64,000 bases of DNA from an uncultured Thermoleophilia bacterium (lineage in GTDB: Bacteria > Actinomycetota > Thermoleophilia > Solirubrobacterales > 70-9), in assembly GCA_963824245.1 (NCBI GenBank), contig CAWGON010000002.1, forward strand, positions 1,436,887 to 1,500,886. The letters run 5' to 3'. This document shows, one piece after another, positions 27,772 to 36,281 of this stretch. A program made the translations under genes and the position numbers. The notes beneath the pieces were generated by a model. The model saw only the letters and a list, made by a program, of their open reading frames with translations, had not been told where the DNA came from and did no database searches. Each line of letters opens with the position of its first letter. Positions within the stretch are counted from its first letter, which is position 1.

Positions 27772-28823
27772 TCATGAGACTGCATGCCACCCGCCAACCA
27801 CACACCCAGCCGCTGCCGACGGGCCGGTATGTCGACCCCTCCTCCGCGAATCGGCCGATCGGCCTGGAGGCCTTCGTGACCGAGCACGCGCCGGTGCTGG
27901 TCGACGAGCTGACCTCTTTGATGGCTCCCGAGCCCGGGCAGACCGCGGTCGACTGCACCTTCGGCGGCGGCGGCCACGCGCGCCGGATCGCCGCCCAGCT
28001 CGGCTCCTCGGGGACCCTGATCGGGATCGACCGCGACCCCGCCGCGGCCGCCCGTTTCGCGGCCTTCGCCGCCGAGGCCCCCTGCCGCACCCTCTTTATC
28101 CCTGCAAACTTCGCAGAAGGGCTGGAGGCCCTGCGCGGCGAAGGAATACGCCCAGACATGGTCTACATGGATCTAGGGATGTCCTCGATGCAGGTCGATG
28201 CCTGGGAGCGCGGGTTCTCCTACGCCTACGACGCGCCGCTCGACATGCGGATGGACACGCGCCAGCAGTTCGACGCCGCCGACCTCGTCAACGAGTGGCC
28301 GGAGGCGCGGATCGCGCAGGTGCTGCGGCGCTTCGGCGAGGAGCGCTACGCCGGCGGGATCGCCCGCGAGATCGTCCGCCGCCGCCCCCTTCGCACCACC
28401 TCCGAGCTGGTCGCGGCGATCAAGGCCGGGATGCCGGCCTCGGCCCGCTTCGGCGCCGGCCATCCCGCCAAGCGCAGCTTCCAGGCGATCCGGATCGCCG
28501 TCAACGGCGAGCTCGACGCGCTCAACGAGGCGCTGCCGCTGGCCTGGGACCTGCTGCCGCTGGGCGGCCGCTTCGGCGCGATCTCCTTCCACTCGCTCGA
28601 GGACCGGCCGGTCAAGCAGTTCCTGGCCGGCAAGGCACGTGGCTGCGTCTGCCCGCCGGAGCTGCCGGTCTGCGTCTGCGGGCACGAGCCCGAGGCCGAG
28701 CTGCTGACCCGGCGCGCCGTCTCGCCCGGACCCGAGGAGGTCGAGGCGAACCCGCGCTCGCGCTCGGCGCACCTGCGGGTGGCGATGAAGATCGCCCTGG
28801 AGAACGGGAAGGCGACCGGCTGA
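27768..28823 (+). CDS. rsmH: 16S rRNA (cytosine1402-N4)-methyltransferase RsmH
   Basis: HAPVLVDE, VDCTFGGGGHA, GIDRDP, DLGMSSMQVD and SFHSLEDRPVK. The GTGA overlap links it to mraZ. Confidence 0.9.
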   Translation: MIMRLHATRQPHTQPLPTGRYVDPSSANRPIGLEAFVTEHAPVLVDELTSLMAPEPGQTAVDCTFGGGGHARRIAAQLGSSGTLIGIDRDPAAAARFAAFAAEAPCRTLFIPANFAEGLEALRGEGIRPDMVYMDLGMSSMQVDAWERGFSYAYDAPLDMRMDTRQQFDAADLVNEWPEARIAQVLRRFGEERYAGGIAREIVRRRPLRTTSELVAAIKAGMPASARFGAGHPAKRSFQAIRIAVNGELDALNEALPLAWDLLPLGGRFGAISFHSLEDRPVKQFLAGKARGCVCPPELPVCVCGHEPEAELLTRRAVSPGPEEVEANPRSRSAHLRVAMKIALENGKATG

Positions 28824-29365
28824 TGGCCGTCGCCGCACCGAAGCGACGGACCGCGCCGGCGCCCCCGCCCTCGCGGACGACGCCGCCGAAACGCCGCAAA
28901 AGAGCTGTCGCGCCGGCCCCAGTCCGCCGCGCTCCGGCCCGCGCCCCGCAGCGGGCGCGGCCGAAGACCCGCCGCAGCCCCGGCGCCCGCGTCATCCCGC
29001 TCGCCGGCCGCACCGCGGTCGCCGTCCGCGATCTGCCCGACTCCGGCCTGATGGTGCGGATGACCCAGGGCCGGCTCTGGATCGGCGTGCTCGGGGTGCT
29101 GCTGGTCGGGATCGTCGGCCTCAACGTCGTCACCCTCAGCTTCGCCGCCTCCAACGGCGGCATCGACGAGCAGATCACCGCGCTCGAACGCGAGAACGGG
29201 ATCCTCAAGGTCCGCGACGCCCAGAAGTCGGCGACCGGCCGGGTCCGCTCGGGCGGCGGCGAGCTCGGGCTCGCGATGCCCTCCAGCGAGAGCATCAGGT
29301 TCATCGACTTCGACCGCGACACGATCGCGACGGCGGCCGCCCGGATGGCCGCCGCTTCACCCTAG
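28823..29365 (+). CDS. FtsL-like septal protein with an Arg/Pro-rich N-terminus
   Basis: The position between rsmH and ftsI fits FtsL. There is a single TM LWIGVLGVLLVGIVGLNVVTL followed by a coiled-coil-like ITALERENGILK. The ATGA overlap is at 28823. Confidence 0.6.
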   Translation: MAVAAPKRRTAPAPPPSRTTPPKRRKRAVAPAPVRRAPARAPQRARPKTRRSPGARVIPLAGRTAVAVRDLPDSGLMVRMTQGRLWIGVLGVLLVGIVGLNVVTLSFAASNGGIDEQITALERENGILKVRDAQKSATGRVRSGGGELGLAMPSSESIRFIDFDRDTIATAAARMAAASP

Positions 29366-29378
29366 GAACCGCCCGCCG

Positions 29379-31031
29379 ATGCGCCTGATCGAGCGCCGGA
29401 TCGGCCTCCTCTTCGCCGCCTTCCTGCTCTGCTTCCTCGTCGTCGTCGGCCGCGCCTTCTGGCTGCAGGGGGTGCAGGGGTCCTCGCTCGCCTCGCAGGC
29501 GGTCTCCCAGCAGACCGAAACGATCACCGTTCCCGGCCTGCGCGGCAGCCTGCTCGACCGTCGCGGCAGCGAGCTCGCCGCCTCCGAGGACGCGGCGACG
29601 ATCTACGCGACCCCCTACCAGGTGAAGAACCCGCCGCAGGCGGCGGAGGAGCTGGCCCGGGTGCTCGACCTGAAGCCGGCCGACGTGCTCGCCGACCTGA
29701 CCGTGGAAAGCGGCTTCTCCTACATCGCCCAAAAAGTCTCGCTGGAACAGGCGGGGCGGATCGAACGGCTCGACCTGGAAGGGATCGGCGAGCTGCCCGA
29801 CAGCCGCCGCACCTATCCACAGGGCGAGATGGCGGGCCAGGTGATCGGCTCGATCGGGTCCGAGAACCAGGGGCTCAACGGGCTCGAGATGGGCGAGGAA
29901 GAAGTGCTCGGCGGCAGCGACGGCGAACGGCGGATCGTCACCGACGCGCTCGGCGACCCGATCCGGCTGGAAACCGTGCAGGAATCCGAGGACGGCGAAG
30001 ACGTCCAGCTGACCCTCGACCCGCTGATCCAGGAACGGACCGAACAGGCGCTGGCCGAGATCGGCGAAACGTACACGCCGAAGGGGGCGACCGCGATCGT
30101 CGTCGACCCCCGCAGCTCGCAGGTGCTGGCGATGGCGAACTGGCCGCCGGTCGACCCGAACGACCTCTCCGAAGCCAGCGACGAAGATCTGATGAACCGC
30201 GCGACCGGCTTCAACTACGAGCCCGGCTCGACCTTCAAGGCGTTCACCGTCGCGGCGGCGCTGGAGGAAAAAATGGTCACCCCGGCGAGCACCTTCACGC
30301 TGCCGCCGACGATCCAGGTCGCCGACCGCACGATCGAGGAGTCGCACCCGCGGGGGACCGAAAACCTCAGCGTCGGCGAAATCCTCGCCCACTCCTCGAA
30401 CGTCGGCGCGGTGACTATCGGGCTCAAAGTCGGCAGCGAGAAATTCGACCGCTGGATCCACCGCTTCGGCTTCGGCAAGCCGACCGGGGTCCAGTTCCCC
30501 GGCGAGGAACAGGGGATCGTCCCCGCCCTCGACGAATACTCGGGCTCGACGATGGGCAACCTGCCGATCGGCCAGGGGCTCTCGGTGACGCCGATGCAGA
30601 TGGTCGCCGGCTACTCGGCGATCGCCAACGGCGGCATGCTGCGGCCGCCGCAGCTGATCAAGCGGATCGGCGACGAAGTGATCCACGAGCCGAAGGGCAG
30701 GCGGGTGATCGACCCCGACGTCGCCGCCGAGCTGCGGGAAATGCTCGAGGGCGTGCTCGCCCCCGGCGGCACCGCCTCCGAGGTCAGCGTCCCCGGCTAC
30801 ACCCTCGCCGGCAAGACCGGAACCGCCCAGGTGGCCGAAGAAGGTGGCTACTCGGACACCAAGTACGTCGCCTCCTTCATGGGCTTCGCGCCGGCCCAGA
30901 ACCCGCAGCTGCTGGCGGCGGTGATCGTCGATCAGCCGCAGGGCGAAATCTACGGCGGCTCGGTCGCGGCCCCGGCCTTCGGCCAGATCGCCTCCTTCGC
31001 CCTGCCCTACCTCGGCGTGGCGCCCGAATAG
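29379..31031 (+). CDS. ftsI: Penicillin-binding protein 2/FtsI (class B transpeptidase)
   Basis: N-terminal TM, then STFK, SSN and KTGTA motifs. It is intact at 550 aa. Confidence 0.9.
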   Translation: MRLIERRIGLLFAAFLLCFLVVVGRAFWLQGVQGSSLASQAVSQQTETITVPGLRGSLLDRRGSELAASEDAATIYATPYQVKNPPQAAEELARVLDLKPADVLADLTVESGFSYIAQKVSLEQAGRIERLDLEGIGELPDSRRTYPQGEMAGQVIGSIGSENQGLNGLEMGEEEVLGGSDGERRIVTDALGDPIRLETVQESEDGEDVQLTLDPLIQERTEQALAEIGETYTPKGATAIVVDPRSSQVLAMANWPPVDPNDLSEASDEDLMNRATGFNYEPGSTFKAFTVAAALEEKMVTPASTFTLPPTIQVADRTIEESHPRGTENLSVGEILAHSSNVGAVTIGLKVGSEKFDRWIHRFGFGKPTGVQFPGEEQGIVPALDEYSGSTMGNLPIGQGLSVTPMQMVAGYSAIANGGMLRPPQLIKRIGDEVIHEPKGRRVIDPDVAAELREMLEGVLAPGGTASEVSVPGYTLAGKTGTAQVAEEGGYSDTKYVASFMGFAPAQNPQLLAAVIVDQPQGEIYGGSVAAPAFGQIASFALPYLGVAPE

Positions 31032-31059
31032 GCCACCCGGGCCCCTCCGGAGACCCGCC

Positions 31060-31065
31060 TAGAAT
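31060..31065 (+). promoter_or_regulatory. -10-like TAGAAT, 7 nt upstream of the murE ATG
   Basis: The sequence reads TAGAAT-cgcggcg-ATG(31073). Confidence 0.3.
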
Positions 31066-31072
31066 CGCGGCG

Positions 31073-32521
31073 ATGAGGCTGGACGAGCTTGTCGCGGGCG
31101 ACCCCGGGGCCCGGATCCTGGGCGATGCCGGCACCGAGATCGCCGGCCTCGCCTACGACAGCCGCCGGGTCGGTCCCGGGACCCTGTTCTTCTGCGTGCC
31201 GGGGGAGCGGGCCGACGGGCACGAGTTCGCGGCGGCGGCGCTCGCCGCCGGGGCGGCGGCGCTGGTGGTCGAGCGCGAGCTCGACCTGGAGGTCCCGCAA
31301 GCGGTGGTCGCCGACGCGCGGGCGGCGATGGCGCCGGCGGCGGCGCGCTTCTGGGGCGACCCGACCGCGGCGCTGCGGGTGCTCGGCGTGACCGGGACCA
31401 ACGGCAAGACCACCACCGCCTTCCTGGTCCGCGAGATCCTCGAGGCGGCCGGCATCCGGTGCGGCCTGCTGGGGACCGTGAAGCAGGTCGTCGGCGGGGC
31501 GGAGGAGCCGGTCGAGCGGACGACGCCAGAGGCGATCGAGCTGCAGGCGACCTTCCGCCGCATGCTCGACGGCGGCGACGAGGCCTGCGTGATGGAGGTC
31601 TCCTCGCACGCGATGGTCCTGCACCGGGCCGACGCGATCCACTTCGAGGTGGCCCTCTTCACCAACCTGACCCAGGACCACCTCGACTTCCACCGCGACA
31701 TGGAGGACTACTTCCAGGCCAAGCGGCTGCTCTTCGCCGCGGCCGGGGCGCGGGTGCGGATCGTCAACGTCGACGACCCCTACGGGCGGCGCCTGGCCGA
31801 GGAGTTCGAGTGCGTGACCTTCTCGGCCGAGGGCGCGGAGGCCGACTACTCGGCCGGCGGGGTCGAGTTCGACGCCGGCGGGGCGAGCTTCACGGTCAAC
31901 GGCGAGCTGGCGGTGCGGACCGGCCTGCCGGGCCACTTCAACGTCGCCAACGCGCTGGGGGCGCTAGCGGCGGCGCGGGCGCTCGGGGTCGAGGCGGAGA
32001 CCGCGGCCGCCGGCCTGGCCGCGGCGGCGCGGGTGCCGGGGCGCTTCGAGCCGGTCGACGAGGGCCAGGGCTTCGCCGTCCTGGTCGACTACGCGCACAC
32101 CCCCGACTCGATGGAGAACGTCCTGCGGGCCGCCCGCCGGCTCACCGCCGGCCGGCTGATCGCGGTCTTCGGGGCCGGCGGCGACCGCGACCGCGACAAG
32201 CGGCCGAAGATGGGACGGGCCGGGGGGGAGCTCTCCGACCTCGCCGTCGTCACCTCCGACAACCCGCGCTCGGAGAATCCGGCGACGATCGTCGCCGAAG
32301 TCGCCGCCGGGGCGCGCGGGCAGGCCGCCGAGGTCGAGGTCGAGGTCGACCGCCGCGCCGCGATCGCCCTCGCCCTCGCCCGGGCGGCGGATGGCGACAC
32401 CGTGGTGATCGCCGGCAAGGGCCACGAGCAGGGCCAGGAGTTCGGGGGCGGCCGCAAGGTCCCCTTCGACGACCGCGACGTCGCCCGCGAGGAGCTGCGG
32501 GCGCTGGGCGGCGCGCCGTGA
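31073..32521 (+). CDS. murE: UDP-N-acetylmuramoyl-L-alanyl-D-glutamate--2,6-diaminopimelate ligase
   Basis: GVTGTNGKTTT, Mur ligase middle and C-terminal domains, and a DNPR-type motif (TSDNPRSE). Confidence 0.9.
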   Translation: MRLDELVAGDPGARILGDAGTEIAGLAYDSRRVGPGTLFFCVPGERADGHEFAAAALAAGAAALVVERELDLEVPQAVVADARAAMAPAAARFWGDPTAALRVLGVTGTNGKTTTAFLVREILEAAGIRCGLLGTVKQVVGGAEEPVERTTPEAIELQATFRRMLDGGDEACVMEVSSHAMVLHRADAIHFEVALFTNLTQDHLDFHRDMEDYFQAKRLLFAAAGARVRIVNVDDPYGRRLAEEFECVTFSAEGAEADYSAGGVEFDAGGASFTVNGELAVRTGLPGHFNVANALGALAAARALGVEAETAAAGLAAAARVPGRFEPVDEGQGFAVLVDYAHTPDSMENVLRAARRLTAGRLIAVFGAGGDRDRDKRPKMGRAGGELSDLAVVTSDNPRSENPATIVAEVAAGARGQAAEVEVEVDRRAAIALALARAADGDTVVIAGKGHEQGQEFGGGRKVPFDDRDVAREELRALGGAP

Positions 32522-33891
32522 ACCTCTCCGCGGCGGAGATCGCCGCCGCGCTCGGCGCCGAGGTGCTGGCAGAAGGCGCTTCCGGCCCGCCGCGGCGGGC
32601 GTCGATCGACTCCGGCGCCAGCGGCGAGGGCGACCTCTTCTTCGGCCTCCCCGGCGCCAACCGCGACGGCGGCGAGTTCGCCCCGTCCGCGCTCGCCGCC
32701 GGTGCCTGGGGCGTCGTCGTCGGCCCACCATCGCGTGGTTCCTTTGTCAGGCATGAGACGACAAAGGAACCACGCGATGGTGGGGGTGGCTGGGTGTTTG
32801 CGGTGGAGGATCCGCTGAGCTCGATGCAGGCGCTGGCGCGGGCCTGGCGGCGGGCGCTCGGCGCCCGCGCGGTCGGGGTCACCGGCTCGGTCGGCAAGAC
32901 CTCGGTCAAGGACATCGCCCGCTCGATCCTGCCCGGCCGCGTCCACGCCAACCGCGAGAACCTGAACACCGAGATCGGGCTGCCGCTGACCATCCTCGAG
33001 GCGCCCGAGGGCATCGAGACGCTGGTCCTGGAGATGGCGATGCGCGGGCGGGGGCAGATCGCCGAGCTGGGGGAGATCGCCGAGCCCGACGTCGCCGTGA
33101 TCACCAACGTCGGCCCGGTCCACGTCGAGCTGCTCGGCTCGGTGGCGGCGATCGCCGCGGCAAAGGCGGAGATCCTGGCGGCGCTGCCGGCCGGCGGGAC
33201 CGCCGTGGCCCCGGTCGAGGCGGGCGAGCTGGAGCCGCACCTGGAGGCCGCTCCGCGGCTGCTCCGCTTCGGCCCCGGCGGCGACGTGCAGGTGCGCTCC
33301 TCGCGCCTGGTCGAGGGCGTCACCGAGGCCCTGGTCGCGACCCCGCTGGGCGAGCAGCTCTTCCACTTCCCCTTCGCCGAGGCCCACAACCTGACCAACG
33401 CCCTGGCCGCGATCGGCGCCGGCGTCGCCCTCGGCATCGGCCCGGCGGAGATGGCCGACGGCGCTGCGAGCATAGGCTTCTCCCGGTTCCGCGGAGAGCG
33501 CTTGGAGCTCGGCGACGGGATCGTCCTCGTGAACGATTGCTACAACGCCAACCCGGTGTCGATGCGCGCGGCGCTCGACCATCTCGCGACCCTCGGGGCC
33601 CCGCGCACGCTCGCCGTGCTCGGCGAGATGGGCGAGCTCGGCGCCGACACCCCCGCCTACCACCGCGAGGTCGGCGAGCACGCCCGCGCCCACGGCGTCG
33701 ACGTCCTCGTCGGGGTCGGCGAGCCGGCCCGCGACTACGACCCCGACGAGCTCGTCGCCGACCCCGGCGAGGCCGCCGAATGGCTCGCCGCCCAGCTCGA
33801 AGCGGGGGACGCGGTCCTTGTAAAGGGATCGCGCTCGGCCGGCCTGGAGACGGTCGCCGAGCTGCTGCCGGAGCTGCGGGAGGCCGGCTGA
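32518..33891 (+). CDS. murF: UDP-N-acetylmuramoyl-tripeptide--D-alanyl-D-alanine ligase
   Basis: GVTGSVGKTSVKD, NDCYNANPVSM, and synteny. It carries the in-frame palindromic insert at 32724-32784. Confidence 0.9.
   Translation: MNLSAAEIAAALGAEVLAEGASGPPRRASIDSGASGEGDLFFGLPGANRDGGEFAPSALAAGAWGVVVGPPSRGSFVRHETTKEPRDGGGGWVFAVEDPLSSMQALARAWRRALGARAVGVTGSVGKTSVKDIARSILPGRVHANRENLNTEIGLPLTILEAPEGIETLVLEMAMRGRGQIAELGEIAEPDVAVITNVGPVHVELLGSVAAIAAAKAEILAALPAGGTAVAPVEAGELEPHLEAAPRLLRFGPGGDVQVRSSRLVEGVTEALVATPLGEQLFHFPFAEAHNLTNALAAIGAGVALGIGPAEMADGAASIGFSRFRGERLELGDGIVLVNDCYNANPVSMRAALDHLATLGAPRTLAVLGEMGELGADTPAYHREVGEHARAHGVDVLVGVGEPARDYDPDELVADPGEAAEWLAAQLEAGDAVLVKGSRSAGLETVAELLPELREAG
32724..32784. 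repeat. 61-bp palindromic element (25-bp stem, 11-nt loop) lying in frame inside murF
   Basis: cccaccatcgcgtggttcctttgtc-aggcatgagac-gacaaaggaaccacgcgatggtggg. It is translated as PPSRGSFVRHETTKEPRDGG. Confidence 0.85.
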
Positions 33892-34865
33892 TGGGCGAAG
33901 TCCTGATCGCGGGCATGGCGGCGATGCTGATCTGCATCTTCCTCGGGCCCAAGTTCATCGAATACCTGCGGGTCCGCGAGTTCGGGCAGCACATCCGCGA
34001 GGACGGCCCGCAGGAGCACCACGCGAAGGCCGGGACGCCGACGATGGGCGGGCTGATCATCTTCCTGGCGATCTGCGTCCCCTACCTGGTCCTCTCCGAG
34101 CGCGACCCGCAGAGCCTGACCGTCTTCGGCGTCGCCCTCGGCTGCGCCGGGCTCGGCTTCGCAGACGACTTCATCAAGATCGTCAAACGCCGCTCGCTCG
34201 GCCTCTCGGCCCGCTACAAGATCCTCTTCCAGGTGCTGCTGGCGCTGATCCTCTGGTGGGTCGCCCGCCACGAGGTCGGGCTCGAGCCGATCCTCTACTT
34301 CCGCATCGGCGACGCCAGCCTCGACCTCGGCCCGGTCCTCTACTTCGTCCTCGTCTTCCTCGTCCTCTCCGGCTTCTCCAACGGGGTCAACCTCACCGAC
34401 GGCCTCGACGGCCTCGCCGCCGGCTGCTGCGCGATCGTCCTCCTCGCCTACACGGCGATCTCCTTCGTCGCCAACGAGCAGCAGGACCTGGCGCTGCTCT
34501 CCGCCTGCCTGGTCGGCGCCTGCATCGGCTTCCTCTGGTTCAACGCCTTCCCGGCGTCGATATTCATGGGGGACACCGGCTCGCTCGGCCTCGGCGGGGC
34601 GATCGGCGCCCTCGCGGTGATGACCCAGACCGAGGTCCTGCTGCTGATCATCGGCGGCATCTTCGTGATCGAGGCGCTCTCGGTGGCGATCCAGGTCTTC
34701 TCCTTCAAGACCTTCCGCCGGCGCGTCTTCCTGATGGCCCCGCTGCACCACCACTTCGAGATGATGGCCTGGTCGGAGACGAAGATCATGCTCCGCTTCT
34801 GGATCATCGCCGCGGTCTGCTCGGGGATCGGCTTCACGCTGTATCAGCAGTCGATCGGGCGCTGA
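33891..34865 (+). CDS. mraY: Phospho-N-acetylmuramoyl-pentapeptide transferase
   Basis: GTPTMGG, NLTDGLDGLA, FMGDTGSLGLGG and PLHHHFE. The ATGA overlap links it to murF. Confidence 0.92.
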   Translation: MGEVLIAGMAAMLICIFLGPKFIEYLRVREFGQHIREDGPQEHHAKAGTPTMGGLIIFLAICVPYLVLSERDPQSLTVFGVALGCAGLGFADDFIKIVKRRSLGLSARYKILFQVLLALILWWVARHEVGLEPILYFRIGDASLDLGPVLYFVLVFLVLSGFSNGVNLTDGLDGLAAGCCAIVLLAYTAISFVANEQQDLALLSACLVGACIGFLWFNAFPASIFMGDTGSLGLGGAIGALAVMTQTEVLLLIIGGIFVIEALSVAIQVFSFKTFRRRVFLMAPLHHHFEMMAWSETKIMLRFWIIAAVCSGIGFTLYQQSIGR

Positions 34866-34898
34866 GCGCGTTCCCGGCGCACAGGGTCCGCGGCCCCG

Positions 34899-36281
34899 GT
34901 GGAGAACAAGCGTTATGTGAACGTGCCGCCCGCCAAGGAGATCCGCCCGCCGCTGCCGCGGGGCCCCTTCCTGGTCGTCGGCCTGGCCCGCTCGGGCCAG
35001 GCGGCGGCGCGGATGCTGGCCGCCCGCGGGGAGCTCGTGCGCGGGGTCGACTCTGGCCATCCCGAGGGCGCGGAAGGGCTCGGGGGGGTCGGCGTCGAAG
35101 TGGTCCTGGATACGGATGGTCTTGCACAGCTCGAGGGGACGCGGACGGTCGTCAAGAGCCCGGGGGTTCCCCGGGAGGCGCCGGCGATCGCGGCCGCTCT
35201 GGAGCGCGGGATCGAGGTCGTCGGCGAGCTCGAGCTGGCCTGGCGGGCACTGCCCAACCGGTTCCTCGCGGTGACCGGGACCAACGGCAAGACGACCACC
35301 GCCGAGCTGCTCGGCCACGTCTACCGCGGTGCCGGCGAGCCGGTCGCGGTCGCCGGCAACGTCGGCACCGCGCTCTCGGAGCTGGTCGGGACGGTCGAGC
35401 CGGAGGCGACGATCGTCTGCGAGTGCTCCAGCTTCCAGCTCGAGGACACGAGCCTGTTCGCCCCCGAGTGCGCGGTCTTCCTCAACCTCGCCCCCGACCA
35501 CCTCGACCGCCACTCCGGCCTCGACTCCTACCTGGCCGCGAAGCTGCGGATCTTCGCCAACCAGGGCAACGACGACGTCGCCGTCTACAACGCCGACGAC
35601 CCGGCCCTGGCCGGCGACCTCGGCGGCTGCGCCCGCCGCGTCGCCTTCTGCGCCGGGGCCGACCCCGACTGCGAGGTGGCCCTGGCCGGGGGGACGATCT
35701 TCTACGACGGCGAGCCGCTGGTCGAGGTCGCCGAGCTCGGCCTGTTCGGCGACCACAACGTCGCCAACGCGATGGCCGCCGCGGCGGCGGCGCTCTCGAT
35801 GGGCCTGGGCCGGGAGGCCGTGCGCGCCGGCCTGCGCAGCTTCGCCGGCGTCGCCCACCGGCTCGAGCCGGTCGCCGAGGTCGGCGGCGTGCGCTACGTG
35901 AACGACTCCAAGGCGACCAACGTCGCCGCCGCCAGCGTCGGCCTGCGCGCCTTCGCGGGCGGCGTCCACGCGATCCTCGGCGGCAGCGAGAAGGGCGAAG
36001 CCTTCGCGCCGCTGCTGGAGCCGGTGCGCGAGCGCTGCGCCGCCTGCTACCTGATCGGCGACACGGCCGAGCGCCTGGCCGCCGAGCTGGCGCCGGCCGC
36101 CGCGGCCGGGATCGCGCTGCACCGCTGCGAGGGCCTCGCCGCCGCGGTTGCCCGCGCCGCCGCCGCGGCCGCGCCTGGCGAGGTCGTCCTGCTCTCTCCC
36201 GCCTGCGCCAGCTTCGATGCCTTCGCCGACTACGAAGCGCGCGGCGAGCGCTTCCGCGAGATCGTCGGGAGACTGGCGTGA
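34899..36281 (+). CDS. murD: UDP-N-acetylmuramoylalanine--D-glutamate ligase
   Basis: VVGLARSG, VTGTNGKTTT, and synteny. It is intact at 460 aa. Confidence 0.9.
   Translation: MENKRYVNVPPAKEIRPPLPRGPFLVVGLARSGQAAARMLAARGELVRGVDSGHPEGAEGLGGVGVEVVLDTDGLAQLEGTRTVVKSPGVPREAPAIAAALERGIEVVGELELAWRALPNRFLAVTGTNGKTTTAELLGHVYRGAGEPVAVAGNVGTALSELVGTVEPEATIVCECSSFQLEDTSLFAPECAVFLNLAPDHLDRHSGLDSYLAAKLRIFANQGNDDVAVYNADDPALAGDLGGCARRVAFCAGADPDCEVALAGGTIFYDGEPLVEVAELGLFGDHNVANAMAAAAAALSMGLGREAVRAGLRSFAGVAHRLEPVAEVGGVRYVNDSKATNVAAASVGLRAFAGGVHAILGGSEKGEAFAPLLEPVRERCAACYLIGDTAERLAAELAPAAAAGIALHRCEGLAAAVARAAAAAAPGEVVLLSPACASFDAFADYEARGERFREIVGRLA

Noticed and set aside
33735-36122. 795-aa minus-strand ORF across mraY and murD. 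Similar long antisense ORFs lie at 12907-14394, 13968-15959, 20043-21974, 29301-30686 and 45639-47129.
   Set aside because: All are antisense to well-supported genes. All translate to Arg/Gly/Ala/Asp-rich sequence without recognisable domains. They are stop-codon-poor frames in high-GC sequence.
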